This document shows positions 1 through 9,988 of a stretch of 64,000 bases of DNA, piece after piece. Each line of letters begins with the position of its first letter. Position 1 is the stretch's first letter. The stretch covers positions 544,001 through 608,000 of the forward strand of contig OY969695.1 of NCBI GenBank assembly GCA_963701965.1. Reading direction: 5' to 3'. Under the pieces are notes generated by a model, which saw only the letters and a list, made by a program, of their open reading frames with translations, was not told the DNA's origin and did no database searches. The position numbers and the translations under genes are program-made. The DNA is from an uncultured Gemmatimonadales bacterium. Its GTDB lineage: Bacteria; Gemmatimonadota; Gemmatimonadetes; Gemmatimonadales; Gemmatimonadaceae.

Positions 1-639
1 TTCCCGGGTGAACATGAACGCGCCGTGCTCGCCCTTCTTGATGATGACGTAGCGGGGGCCGTGGTCCAGGATCCATCGGGCGGCATGCACGAGATTCGCC
101 TGCTCGGTCAGCTGCCGCGCCTCGCCGTCGTTGAGCGTGATGAGGTGCACCTTGCCCAGGAGACTCACCAGGTCGGCGCGGCGGCTCTCGATCCAGAAAT
201 TCATCGTGTCGCACGCCACGAGGGTCGGCGACTCGACCTGGCTCAGCACATCGTGCTGCAAGCGCGGATCGATGTTCCCGAGGAACACGAACGGCGCGCG
301 GCGGAACTGCGGAGGAATCTTCGGCCGAAAATGCGAGAAGACTCCGAGTCGCGTCTCCAGCGTCTCGGCGGCATTGAGATCGTGGCGATAGCGCCCGCGC
401 CACCGAAAGGACTCGCCCTCGGCCCGCTCCAGGCCGGCCAGGTCGACGCCCCGCGCCGTAAGCGGCTCCAGCAGCTCAATGGGAAAATCCGATCCGACCA
501 CGCCGACCACCTGGACGGTCGTGAGCAAAGACGCGGCCGACGCGAAAAACGTCGCCGAGCCGCCGAGCACGTTCTCGGCGCGTCCGAAGGGCGTCTCGAC
601 AGAGTCGAGGGCCACCGAGCCGACGACGAGAACGGTCAC
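1..639 (-). CDS. PfkB-family carbohydrate/nucleoside kinase (partial; 3' end beyond window)
   Basis: Not in the ORF track. Read manually from GTG at 639, overlapping the argS stop: [37 protein letters not shown]...VGVVGSDFP, a typical PfkB N-terminus. Confidence 0.85.
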   Translation of the reverse strand, partial: MTVLVVGSVALDSVETPFGRAENVLGGSATFFASAASLLTTVQVVGVVGSDFPIELLEPLTARGVDLAGLERAEGESFRWRGRYRHDLNAAETLETRLGVFSHFRPKIPPQFRRAPFVFLGNIDPRLQHDVLSQVESPTLVACDTMNFWIESRRADLVSLLGKVHLITLNDGEARQLTEQANLVHAARWILDHGPRYVIIKKGEHGAFMFTRE

Positions 640-2264
640 ATGCGCTCCGGGGCGTGGATGCCGAGCAGGGTGAGAGCGTTGCGAATCACGAGTTGAGTGG
701 CGCGGGCGAGGGTGAGGCGTGCGGTCTGGATGGGCTCCGGCTCGCCGAGCACGTGGTACTTATGGTACCAGTGGTGCGCGAGCTGGGCGGTCTCATGGAT
801 GTAGGACGTGACGCGTTGCGGCTCGAGGCTCTGGGCCGCGCTCTCGACGATGCCGGGGAAATCGAGCAGCGCCTTGATGAGCTCCAACTCTTCCGGCATC
901 GTGAGCGCGTCGAGCGCCACGACGTCGACGGCCAGCGACTCCTTGTCGATGCCCCCCACGCGAAAAATGCCGCACATGCGCGCGTGGGCCATCTGCACGT
1001 AGTAGACCGGATTCTCATCGGACTGCGCGCGCGCCAGATCGACGTCGAAGCTGAGCTGCGACTCCGACCGACGCATGAGGAAGAAGTAGCGGACGGCGTC
1101 GCGGCCGACCCACTCGATCAGGTCCTGCAGCGTGACGTAGCTGCCGGCACGCTTGGAGATCTTGACCTCCTCGCCGGCGCGCAGCACGGTCACCAGCTGA
1201 TGCAGGACGTACTCCGGATAGCCGGCGCTGATGCCGCGTCCGACGGCCTGAAGCCCCGCGCGAACCCGCGCCACGTTGCCGTGATGGTCGGACCCTTGGA
1301 CGTCGATCGCCCGATAAAAACCGCGCTCCCACTTGGTGAGGTGATAGGCGACGTCGGGAACGAAGTACGTGTACGTCCCGTCGCTCTTCCGCATCACGCG
1401 ATCCTTGTCATCCCCGAACGCGGTCGTCCGCAGCCACAGCGCGCCATCATTGGCGTAGGTGTAGCCGGACTCCTGGAGCGCCGCCACGACGCGCTCCACC
1501 GAGCCATCGGCATAGACCGAGGTCTCCAGAAAATACGTGTCGAAGTACACGCCGAACGCTTGCAGGTCCTGATCCTGCTCGGCGCGCAAGGCGCGTACGG
1601 CAAACCGCCGCACGCGCTCGGCATTGGCGCCCGATCCGTCCTCCGGATGCGCGGCGACATAGTCCTGGGCGATTTCCCGGATGTACTCGCCGTGATATCC
1701 GCCCTCGGGGATCTCGCGCGCGTCGATCCGGGCCCGGACGCTGTCGGCGAGCTTGTCGATCTGCACGCCGGCATCGTTGTAGTAGAACTCCCGCGAGACA
1801 TCCCAACCGGTCCATTCCAGCAGCCGGGCAATCGCGTCGCCGATCGCGGCCTGTCGTCCATGGCCGACGTGCAGCGGGCCGGTCGGGTTCGCCGACACGA
1901 ACTCGACGACGACCCGCTGCCCCGCTCCACCCGCGCTCCGGCCATAGGCTTCGCCCGCCGCCAGGATCCCGGCGATGCCACGCGCCAGAGCGGCCTGTTG
2001 CATCCGGAAGTTGATGAACCCGGGGCCGGCAATGTCGGCCGTCGCCACATGCGCGGCGGCCAGATCCAAGCGCGCGATCAGCGACGCGGCCACATCGCGC
2101 GGCGAGCGACCCAGCGGCTTCGCGAGCACGAGCGCCAGGTTCGTGGTCCAATCGCCGAACGCCGCATCGCGTGGGCGCTCCACGATCGGCACGACGGCGC
2201 CAGTAACGCCAAGCGAGCGCGACGCCTCAGTCAATGCGTCGCGCAGCAGATCCAGATCGGTCAT
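636..2264 (-). CDS. argS: Arginine--tRNA ligase
   Basis: [17 protein letters not shown] (HIGH-like), [27 protein letters not shown]-terminal APERM. Confidence 0.98.
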   Translation of the reverse strand: MTDLDLLRDALTEASRSLGVTGAVVPIVERPRDAAFGDWTTNLALVLAKPLGRSPRDVAASLIARLDLAAAHVATADIAGPGFINFRMQQAALARGIAGILAAGEAYGRSAGGAGQRVVVEFVSANPTGPLHVGHGRQAAIGDAIARLLEWTGWDVSREFYYNDAGVQIDKLADSVRARIDAREIPEGGYHGEYIREIAQDYVAAHPEDGSGANAERVRRFAVRALRAEQDQDLQAFGVYFDTYFLETSVYADGSVERVVAALQESGYTYANDGALWLRTTAFGDDKDRVMRKSDGTYTYFVPDVAYHLTKWERGFYRAIDVQGSDHHGNVARVRAGLQAVGRGISAGYPEYVLHQLVTVLRAGEEVKISKRAGSYVTLQDLIEWVGRDAVRYFFLMRRSESQLSFDVDLARAQSDENPVYYVQMAHARMCGIFRVGGIDKESLAVDVVALDALTMPEELELIKALLDFPGIVESAAQSLEPQRVTSYIHETAQLAHHWYHKYHVLGEPEPIQTARLTLARATQLVIRNALTLLGIHAPERM

Positions 2265-2644
2265 TCCTTGGAGGTCGACCCGCTCTTGTTGGCGGCCCGC
2301 GCACCCGTGTCGCTCGCCGGCTTGCTCTCGGCCGGCTTGCTGTCGCTCGAGCCGCTGTCGCCCGACTTGCTGTCGGATGACTTGCTGTCGGCTGACTTGC
2401 TGTCGGCTGACTTGCTCACGGACGATTTTCCGTCATTCTTCCGCTGATCCTTTTTCCCATCCTTACCGTAGTCCGTGATGTAGAAACCGGAACCCTTGAA
2501 GACGAGACCAGCCCCACCGGACATTTGGCGCTCGGCAACCAACCCGCACGTCGGGCACGGAAGGGTTTGCTCGGACTCGCTCATTTTGCGGTAGAAATGG
2601 TCGAACTCGTGGCCGCTCGGGCAACGATACCCGTAAGTTGGCAT
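2261..2644 (-). CDS. FmdB-family zinc-ribbon regulatory protein with Ser/Lys/Asp low-complexity tail
   Basis: [14 protein letters not shown]...CPTCG...[11 protein letters not shown] signature. Confidence 0.9.
   Translation of the reverse strand: MPTYGYRCPSGHEFDHFYRKMSESEQTLPCPTCGLVAERQMSGGAGLVFKGSGFYITDYGKDGKKDQRKNDGKSSVSKSADSKSADSKSSDSKSGDSGSSDSKPAESKPASDTGARAANKSGSTSKE
2364..2416. repeat. 15-bp tandem repeat (GACTTGCTGTCGG[A/C]T) x ~3.5, coding SKSAD-like units
   Basis: Units visible at 2364, 2379, 2394 and a partial unit at 2409. Confidence 0.9.
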
Positions 2645-2691
2645 GATCTTGGAACTTAGCCTGCTGTTGAGGGTGCCACCAAAAACTATCG

Positions 2692-3393
2692 ATGACCGTC
2701 ACGATACGCCACCATTGGCTCGTGCGCTTGACGCACTGGATCGCCGTCCTGGCGATCACGATCATGGTCGGGTCGGGGCTGCGCATCTTCAATGCCTACC
2801 CGGCCTTCGCCCGACGCGGTGACACGTTCTGCTGTTACCCGTTTGCGGGGCACCCCATCCCGGCCTGGCTGACGTTTGGTGGTTGGCTCGGCGGCGCCCG
2901 CCATTGGCACTTCGCCATGATGTGGCTCCTCGTCGTCGATGGCCTCGTCTATCTGACGTTCATCTATCTCCACGGCGAGTGGCGGGATCTGGTGCCCCGG
3001 CGCGGTGATCTGCGCGACGCGGTCGCCATGGTGCGGTTCTATCTCTTCCTCCGCGCCCACCATCCCAAGCAAGGCAAGCACAACGCGCTCCAGAAGGCGA
3101 CATATTTCGCGCTCCCGTGGATCGGCGTCGTCCTCGTGTTGACCGGGCTCGCCATCTGGAAGCCCGTCCAACTGGCTCCGCTCACCACGCTCTTCGGCGG
3201 ATACGTGTGGGCCCGCTACTGGCACTTCGTGGCCATGACGGCGCTCGTCGTCCTCGCCGTGGGCCATGTCTTCATGGTCTTCGCCGTCGATCCCTACTCG
3301 CTGCCGTCGATGATCACGGGGCGTTACAACGATCGCTTCTCTCCGGAGGCGCGCGACGCGCGCCCGTTCTATCATTTATGGCCGCGCCAATAG
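2692..3393 (+). CDS. Cytochrome b/b6-domain membrane protein (PhsC/HupC-like di-heme)
   Basis: VRLTHW, GARHWHF, KHNALQK, ARYWHF and GHVFM heme-ligand His motifs; four hydrophobic segments. Confidence 0.88.
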   Translation: MTVTIRHHWLVRLTHWIAVLAITIMVGSGLRIFNAYPAFARRGDTFCCYPFAGHPIPAWLTFGGWLGGARHWHFAMMWLLVVDGLVYLTFIYLHGEWRDLVPRRGDLRDAVAMVRFYLFLRAHHPKQGKHNALQKATYFALPWIGVVLVLTGLAIWKPVQLAPLTTLFGGYVWARYWHFVAMTALVVLAVGHVFMVFAVDPYSLPSMITGRYNDRFSPEARDARPFYHLWPRQ

Positions 3394-4087
3394 ATCGTCG
3401 AGGGTTTCTGGGCGCCGCCGGCGCGGCGCTCCTCGCCGCCTGTAACTCCGACGGACCCAAGGCCGCCCAGGGCCTGTTGCGATTCGCCGAGCGGCGCAAC
3501 ACCAGCGTCGAGCGTTCGCTGTTCCGCCATACGTCCATGGACATGGCCGGCGCCCACGCGCGGGATGCCGGCGCGGCGTTTCCCTCGTACTTCGTGTCCG
3601 ATACGGTGCCCATGTGGGATGAGGCCACGGCCGGCATTCTGGCGGCTCGAAGTCGGAGGGGATGGTCGCGGCGCCCCGGACGTTCACGCGCGACGATCTG
3701 GCGCGCCTGCCATCGACCACCGAGCGCGTCAACCACTACTGTGTCGAGGGCTGGACCGCGATCGCCTCGTGGACCGGTGTCCGGCTGCGCGACGTCGCGG
3801 CGCTGGTGCGTCCGGCTCCCGAGGCGCAGTACGTCGATTTTCAGTCGTTCGACAATGGCTATCACGAGTCGTGGGATTTGCCGAGTGCCATGCACCGGCA
3901 GACGCTGATCGCGTTCGGCATGGACGGGCATTGGCTCGGGCCGGCGCACGGTGGGCCGGCCCGGATCTACTCTCCCGTCAAACTCGGCTACAAGAACACC
4001 AAGTACTTGACCAAGATCCTGTTCTTGCCCGCCGCCAACGGCGGCTACTGGTCGGATCGCGGCTACGAGTGGTACGGCGGCGTTTAG
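3378..4087 (+). CDS. Molybdopterin-dependent oxidoreductase (MsrP/YedY-like, sulfite oxidase family), Tat lipoprotein; two +1 frameshifts at ~3637 and ~3660
   Basis: ATG 3378: MAAPIDRRGFLG...LLAAC (twin-Arg plus lipobox). WRLEVGG lies in a second frame; NHYCVEGW, HGGPAR and KLGYKNTKYL lie in a third frame. Confidence 0.85.
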
Positions 4088-4587
4088 GGTGCTCGCGCGA
4101 ACGTGACAGAATAGACGACCGGCAACGGCAAGTGGGGACTGGTGATGCGCACATCTATCCGCGCGGTGGAGTCCGCGAGCGACAGGCGGCGCTCACTCTC
4201 GCCCCCGTGGGCCACCACGTGCTCGACCAACGTGTCGCCCGCGAGCCGCATGCTCACGCGGCACTCATTCCCCTCGAGATTATGCCACGTCGTCTCGCCG
4301 CCGTCGCGCGGGAGACGCGCGGGCTCTTCCTCGCCGACAAACAGCACGACCGTGTCCGCACCCGCCTCAATGCGCAAATGCGCAGGGACGGGATTCGTCG
4401 CCCGGAGCCGGCGTCGCGCGATCGGCCGCGAGATGAAGCTCATGTGCTCGACCGCGTGATCGATCGCGGCGTGAATGTCATCGCTGGCCGACAGGACATA
4501 GGCGTACGCGCCGGGCGCCGCCGCGCCTTGCGCCGAGACACCCCCGGCCAAGCACAGCGCGGCACCGATGCCCCCGCACCGGATCAC
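4084..4587 (-). CDS. Hypothetical exported protein
   Basis: GTG 4587 overlaps the mutase stop; signal-peptide-like N-terminus (IGAALCLAGGVSAQ); no recognised domain. Confidence 0.6.
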   Translation of the reverse strand: MIRCGGIGAALCLAGGVSAQGAAAPGAYAYVLSASDDIHAAIDHAVEHMSFISRPIARRRLRATNPVPAHLRIEAGADTVVLFVGEEEPARLPRDGGETTWHNLEGNECRVSMRLAGDTLVEHVVAHGGESERRLSLADSTARIDVRITSPHLPLPVVYSVTFARAP

Positions 4588-6155
4588 GTGTCCCTGAATC
4601 GCCCCCATTCGCCCTGCAGCGTATCGGAAATCTCGCCGACGGATGCCCGCGCCCGGACCGCATTGATGATCAGGGACATGAGTGGGCCCTGCGCGCGCGC
4701 CGCGGTCCGGAGCGCCGCGAGCGCCGATTGAACGGCGGTGGCGTCGCGCTGCGCGCGGACCGCCGTCAGGCGCGCGACTTGGTCGCGTTCGAGCGCCGAA
4801 AAATCGGGAGCCGGGATCGGGGGAAAATCCGAATCGTCGGTGAAGACGTTCACGCCGACCACTGGGGCGTCGCCGCGCTCCACCCGAAGTTGATATTCGT
4901 AGGCGCTTCGGCCGATCTCGTCCTGGAAGAACCCGGCCGCAATGGCGGCGACGGCGCCGCCGAGCTCATCCACGCGGGCCATGAGCGCGACCGCCTGCCG
5001 CTCCAGCTCCGTCGTCAGATGCTCGACGTAATAACTGCCGGCCAAGGGGTCCACCGTCTGGGCGACGCCTGACTCGTACGCCACGATCTGCTGCGTGCGG
5101 AGCGCGAGCGTCGCCGCCTGCGCGGTGGGCAGGGCCAACGCCTCGTCATAGCCGTTGGTGTGCAACGACTGCGTCCCACCGAGGGTCGCGGCCAGCGTTT
5201 GCACCGCCACCCGCACGACGTTGTTGAGCGGCTGCTGCGCCGTCAGCGTCACACCGCCCGTCTGCGTGTGAAAGCGGAGCCGGCCGGCGGCGTCGCTCGC
5301 ACGGAACCGCTCGCGCATCAGGCGGGCGTAGATCCGCCGGGCGGCGCGGAATTTGGCGACTTCCTCGAACAGGTCATTGTGGGCCGCAAAGAAAAACGAC
5401 AGGCGCGGCGCGAACTTCTCGACGTCGACTCCGCTGGCGATGACCGTCGCGATATACGCGATGGCGTTGGCGAATGTGAACGCCAGCTCCTGAACAGCCG
5501 TCGCGCCGGCTTCCCGAATATGATAGCCCGAGATGGAGATCGGATTCCATCCCGGAACCTGGTCGGCGCAGAAGCGCACCACGTCGGCGACGAGCGCCAG
5601 GCTGGGTCGCGGCGGATAGATGTAGGTCCCGCGGGCGATGTACTCCTTCAGCACATCGTTCTGGACCGTCCCGCTGATCTTCGCCCGGGGCACGCCGCGC
5701 TCCTCGGCGGCGACGATGTACATGGCCAGCAGGGTGCTGGCCGTCGCGTTGATCGTCATCGAGGTCGAGACCGTGTCGAGCGGGACCTCGGCGAGCAGCG
5801 CGTGCATGTCCTCGACGGTGTCGATCGCCACACCGACCCGGCCGACTTCGCCCGCGGCGCGGGGCGAGTCGGAGTCGATGCCCATCTGCGTGGGCAGGTC
5901 AAACGCGACGGAGAGGCCGGTCTGGCCCGCGGCAAGCAACAGGCGGAAGCGGGCGTTCGTCTCGGCGGCGGTGCCGAAGCCGGCGTATTGGCGCATCGTC
6001 CACAACCGCCCGCGGTACATCGTCGGCTGGATGCCGCGGGTAAACGGAAACTGCCCCGGATCGGCTAGATCGTGCGCGTAGTCGAGGGGGGGATCCGCGG
6101 GTCGATAGACTGGCGCGATGGGCAGGCCGGACGGCGTCGTGTGGGTATCACGCAC
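4584..6155 (-). CDS. Methylmalonyl-CoA mutase, substrate-binding (N-terminal) subunit
   Basis: [64 protein letters not shown]; no DxHxxG cobalamin-binding domain. Confidence 0.93.
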   Translation of the reverse strand: MRDTHTTPSGLPIAPVYRPADPPLDYAHDLADPGQFPFTRGIQPTMYRGRLWTMRQYAGFGTAAETNARFRLLLAAGQTGLSVAFDLPTQMGIDSDSPRAAGEVGRVGVAIDTVEDMHALLAEVPLDTVSTSMTINATASTLLAMYIVAAEERGVPRAKISGTVQNDVLKEYIARGTYIYPPRPSLALVADVVRFCADQVPGWNPISISGYHIREAGATAVQELAFTFANAIAYIATVIASGVDVEKFAPRLSFFFAAHNDLFEEVAKFRAARRIYARLMRERFRASDAAGRLRFHTQTGGVTLTAQQPLNNVVRVAVQTLAATLGGTQSLHTNGYDEALALPTAQAATLALRTQQIVAYESGVAQTVDPLAGSYYVEHLTTELERQAVALMARVDELGGAVAAIAAGFFQDEIGRSAYEYQLRVERGDAPVVGVNVFTDDSDFPPIPAPDFSALERDQVARLTAVRAQRDATAVQSALAALRTAARAQGPLMSLIINAVRARASVGEISDTLQGEWGRFRDT

Positions 6156-7182
6156 CGACGGCGCTCAAACGCGCGCCGAGCAACTCCCGGGCGATCGCGA
6201 CCTCGTCTTTGCTGCCGATGAAGAGCGGCGTGCGTTGGTGCAGCTCGGTCGGGACAATGTCGAGGACCTCGCCCGTCCCGTCGAATGCGGCGCCCCCCGC
6301 CTGCTCGCAAATAAAGGCCAACGGGTTGGCCTCATAGAGGAGGCGCAGCTTGCCCCGCCGATACTGCGCGTTCGACGGATAGGCGAACAAGCCCCCGCCC
6401 AGCAAGTTCCGGTGAAAGTCGGCGACGAGCGATCCGACGTAGCGCCCGGACAACGGTTTCCGCTTGCCATCGAGACCGCGATAGCGGCGCATGAGCGCGC
6501 GCGTGGGTTCATCCCACTGTTGCTCGTACGAGTCGTTGACCGAGAGATAACGACCGCGCGCCGGAGTCGTGATGTCGGGATGGGATAGCAGGAACTCTCC
6601 AATCGATGGATCGAGCGTGAATCCGTGCACGCCCTGACCGGTGCTATAGACGAGCATCGTGCTCGACCCATAGATGACGTAGCCGGCCGCCACCTGGGAC
6701 CGGCCGGTCTGCAACATGTCCGTGAGGTCGCCGCGGGCGCCGTGGGAAACCTTGCGCAACACCGAGAAGATGGTGCCCACGGGCACGTTGACGTCGATGT
6801 TCGACGATCCGTCGAGCGGATCGAACACGATGACGTACTTGCCGGCGGGAAACCCATTGGGGATGGGGATGATGTCCGGCTCCTCTTCCGAGGCCATGGC
6901 CGCCAACCGCCCACCGTGGTCCAGCGCCTTGATGAGAATGTCGTTCGCCAGCACGTCGAGCTTCTGCTGAGTCTCGCCTTGCACGTTGATCGCCGCCGTC
7001 GCGCCGAGCACGTCGGCCAGTCCCGCGCTCCGGACCTTGTTGGCGATCAACTTCGCGGCCAGCGCGAGGTCGTAGAGAATGCCCGACAGCTCGCCCGTCG
7101 CCTGCGGATACAGGCGCTCCTGCTCGATGATGTAGCGCTCGATCGTCACGACCGACGTATCGGTGTGGTGAACCACGGGCAC
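6148..7182 (-). CDS. fbp: Class 1 fructose-1,6-bisphosphatase
   Basis: [40 protein letters not shown]. Confidence 0.97.
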   Translation of the reverse strand: MPVVHHTDTSVVTIERYIIEQERLYPQATGELSGILYDLALAAKLIANKVRSAGLADVLGATAAINVQGETQQKLDVLANDILIKALDHGGRLAAMASEEEPDIIPIPNGFPAGKYVIVFDPLDGSSNIDVNVPVGTIFSVLRKVSHGARGDLTDMLQTGRSQVAAGYVIYGSSTMLVYSTGQGVHGFTLDPSIGEFLLSHPDITTPARGRYLSVNDSYEQQWDEPTRALMRRYRGLDGKRKPLSGRYVGSLVADFHRNLLGGGLFAYPSNAQYRRGKLRLLYEANPLAFICEQAGGAAFDGTGEVLDIVPTELHQRTPLFIGSKDEVAIARELLGARLSAVGA

Positions 7183-7188
7183 CTCCGG

Positions 7189-7461
7189 TTAGCGAATCGC
7201 CCCGTGATGGGGCTTCCTGGCGATCCTCCGCATTGCGTCGAGCACGATCACGGCCAACTCGGCCTGCGCCTGATCACCACTGAGGGTGACCCGCGTGATC
7301 GCCGATCCTAGCGCGTCGCCCACAATGTAGCGCGGGCGGGCCTGATTCAAGGCGTAGGTGATGACATCGTCGCGGCAACGGTCGCAGGAGCAGAACTCCG
7401 GGTGCGACGGCCGCAGCGAATCATAGGCGGCACGCACGGCGTCTTCGAGCGCGTTGATCAC
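7189..7461 (-). CDS. ComFB-family (late competence development) protein
   Basis: N.LE..V...CSCDRCRDDVITYALNQARPRY...AMRRIARKPHH matches the ComFB pattern (CxCxxC-xxD-ALN-xPRY, C-terminal PxH). Confidence 0.8.
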   Translation of the reverse strand: MINALEDAVRAAYDSLRPSHPEFCSCDRCRDDVITYALNQARPRYIVGDALGSAITRVTLSGDQAQAELAVIVLDAMRRIARKPHHGAIR

Positions 7462-8792
7462 GCGACCGGCAGGGCACGCGGTGAGCCGACGATCTCGCCG
7501 GTAAACGTCGAGCCGGTGGTGCCCGTCAGACGCACGCGATAGTAGTGCCCCAGCTCCGCGGCATCGGCGCGCAGCACGACGGTCTTGAAGTCGCGCGTCC
7601 GCGCCTGGATCGCCCCATCGCGGCGCGCGACCCGCTCGGCCAGCACTTCGTGCTCCGTCCCCAGCAATACCATATTCCGCCGCCGGCTGCCGCCCCGCAC
7701 GACCCCGATCAAGCGCGTCAACCGGTCGCTGGCGACCGCGTCGGGCACGCTGTCCTCGGGCGGAAAGCGCGTGGCCGCGGTTCCCTCGCGGGGCGAGAAC
7801 TTGAACGTGTACGCATCATCGAACCCGATCTCGCCGACCAGATCGAGCGTGTCCTGAAAATCCTGCTCCGTCTCACCCGGAAATCCGACGATCACGTCCG
7901 TGGTCAGCGCCAATCCGGGGATGGCGCGGCGCAGGCGCGCGACGCAATCCCGGTACGACACCGGGGTATACCGGCGCAGCATCCGGCGGAGCGTCCGCTC
8001 CGATCCCGACTGCATCGGCAGGTGCACATGCTCGCAGACCGCCGGCACGTCGGCCAGCGCATCGATCACGCGATCGCTGAAGTCGTTGGGGTGCGGGCTC
8101 GTGAACCGGAGCCGGCGCAGGCCAGGCACGGCACCCACCGCCCGCAGCAGATCGGCGAAATCGTGCGTGCCGTCGTGATAGGAATTGACGGTCTGGCCGA
8201 GCAGGACGATCTCCGACATCCCCTGGGCCACGATATCGTGGGCTTCGCGCACGACGTCGCTCAGGCGGCGGCTCCGCTCCGGGCCCCGCGTCGTGGGGAC
8301 GATGCAGTACGTGCACCGGTAGTCGCAGCCGCGTTGCACGGGCACCCAGGCTTTGACGCCATCGGCGCGGCGCGGCGAAAAGTCTTCGTAATGCTCGTCG
8401 AGATCGAACTCCGTGGCCGTCGTCCGTATCCCGCGGCGGGCGCCGTCGAGGAGCTCGGGCAGCGCGCGATAGCCGTCGGGACCGATGACGAGACTCACAT
8501 GCGGCGCCCGCTCCAACAGCACGGGGCCGAGGCGTTGGGCCATGCAACCCGTGACGCCGAGTATCGCGCCCGGCGCCATATGGCGCTTCAACTCGCCCAA
8601 CCGCCCCACGACCCGCTGCTCCGCATGGTCGCGGATGGCGCACGTGTTGACGAGGATCACATCGGCGCCGTCGGGTCCGTCGACCGGACGATAGCCGGAT
8701 GCCGCCAGCTTCCCGAGCATCAGCTCGGAGTCGCTCGCGTTCATCTGGCAACCGTATGTCTCGACGTAAACGGTGGGCCGCTCATCCATCAT
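7458..8792 (-). CDS. miaB: tRNA-2-methylthio-N6-dimethylallyladenosine synthase (radical SAM methylthiotransferase)
   Basis: TYGCQMN, NTCAIRD, GCMAQ, CDYRCTYC, FTSPHP, HLPMQSG, IVGFPGET; start revised to ATG 8792 or 8789. Confidence 0.95.
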   Translation of the reverse strand: MMDERPTVYVETYGCQMNASDSELMLGKLAASGYRPVDGPDGADVILVNTCAIRDHAEQRVVGRLGELKRHMAPGAILGVTGCMAQRLGPVLLERAPHVSLVIGPDGYRALPELLDGARRGIRTTATEFDLDEHYEDFSPRRADGVKAWVPVQRGCDYRCTYCIVPTTRGPERSRRLSDVVREAHDIVAQGMSEIVLLGQTVNSYHDGTHDFADLLRAVGAVPGLRRLRFTSPHPNDFSDRVIDALADVPAVCEHVHLPMQSGSERTLRRMLRRYTPVSYRDCVARLRRAIPGLALTTDVIVGFPGETEQDFQDTLDLVGEIGFDDAYTFKFSPREGTAATRFPPEDSVPDAVASDRLTRLIGVVRGGSRRRNMVLLGTEHEVLAERVARRDGAIQARTRDFKTVVLRADAAELGHYYRVRLTGTTGSTFTGEIVGSPRALPVA

Positions 8793-8815
8793 CAGCCCCA
8801 AACTTAAGGCAAACG

Positions 8816-9988
8816 CTACGCCGTCACCACGGGAAATTCCGCCGTCTGCGGCGCTTGGGGCAAGAGGATGTGGAAAGCGCTGCCCTGGCCCTCGGCGCTC
8901 TGGACCCAGATACGGCCACCGTGCTGCTCGACCACCAGGCGGCAAAACGTGAGACCGAGACCGGAGCTGCCCACGCGCGGCGCGTGGGGCACGCGGACCT
9001 GCTCGAACTTGCGAAAGATCAGCTCGTGATACTGCGGTGGAATCCCCGGGCCGTCATCGGCGACCGTGAACAGCACGCCCGACGGATCGCGGCGCGCCGT
9101 GAGCCGCAGCGTGACCGCGTGCGCCGAGTGGGTCAGCGCGTTTTGCACGAGATTGGCGAACACGCGCTTGAGGAGTCCCCGGTCGGCCTCGAACAGGGCC
9201 AGATCGTCGCTCACGTCGATCGTCGCCTTGGCGCCGTCCTGTTGGAAGCGCACCGCCCACTCGTTGAGCACCTCGGACAGGAGGTCGGCGGGCGAGATCG
9301 ACTCCAGGGACAGCGGCACCGCGGCTTCCTCGATCTTGGCGATCTCCAGCAGATCCTCGATCAGCCGAAGGAGATCCTGCGCCTTGCCATCGGCGTCGGC
9401 GACCATCCCGCGCTGGTCGTCGCTCAACCGCCCCAGATCCCCGTCGAGCAACAACTCCAAGCTGGCCAGGATCGAAGTGAGCGGCGTCTTGAGATCGTGC
9501 ACGATCATCTTCATGAGATCGTCGCGAATCTTCTCCAGCTCGCGCAGCTTGCGATAGCTGTCCTCGAGCGCGTCGGTCGCCGCTTTGAGCCGGAGCAGAC
9601 TGCGGACGCGCGCGCCGAGGACGAGGCGGTTGTGGGGCTTGGTGAGAAAATCGTCCCCGCCCGCCTCGATCGCCTTCACGCGATCCGACGTGTCGTTGAG
9701 AGCCGTGACGAAGATCACCGGAATGCGCGCCGTGCGCGGGTCGCGCTTGAGGCGGCGGCACACCTCGAACCCCGTCGAGCGGTCATCCACACCGAGATCG
9801 CCGGCCGGCATGGACACGTCGAAGATGCAGAGATCGGGATGGTGCGTGAAGCATCCCGCCAGCGCCGACGGCCCATCGAGCGCGGCTACCGTCCGGTATC
9901 CGAGCGCGTGCAGCTGGTCGAACAGCAACTCGACATTGGCCGGCACGTCATCCGCGACGAGGATCAGCGGCGCGGGCGCTTCGGTCAC
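8816..9988 (-). CDS. Cytoplasmic hybrid receiver-histidine kinase
   Basis: N-terminal receiver (LVADD, IFDVSMP, FVTA, LTKP), H-box HDLKTPL, N/G boxes (NLVQNA, DDGPGI, GLGL); start revised to GTG 9988. Confidence 0.92.
   Translation of the reverse strand: MTEAPAPLILVADDVPANVELLFDQLHALGYRTVAALDGPSALAGCFTHHPDLCIFDVSMPAGDLGVDDRSTGFEVCRRLKRDPRTARIPVIFVTALNDTSDRVKAIEAGGDDFLTKPHNRLVLGARVRSLLRLKAATDALEDSYRKLRELEKIRDDLMKMIVHDLKTPLTSILASLELLLDGDLGRLSDDQRGMVADADGKAQDLLRLIEDLLEIAKIEEAAVPLSLESISPADLLSEVLNEWAVRFQQDGAKATIDVSDDLALFEADRGLLKRVFANLVQNALTHSAHAVTLRLTARRDPSGVLFTVADDGPGIPPQYHELIFRKFEQVRVPHAPRVGSSGLGLTFCRLVVEQHGGRIWVQSAEGQGSAFHILLPQAPQTAEFPVVTA

Noticed and set aside
2364..2416. CRISPR-like array
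   Set aside because: The repeats are contiguous with no spacers, lie in frame within a coding tail, and there are no cas genes.
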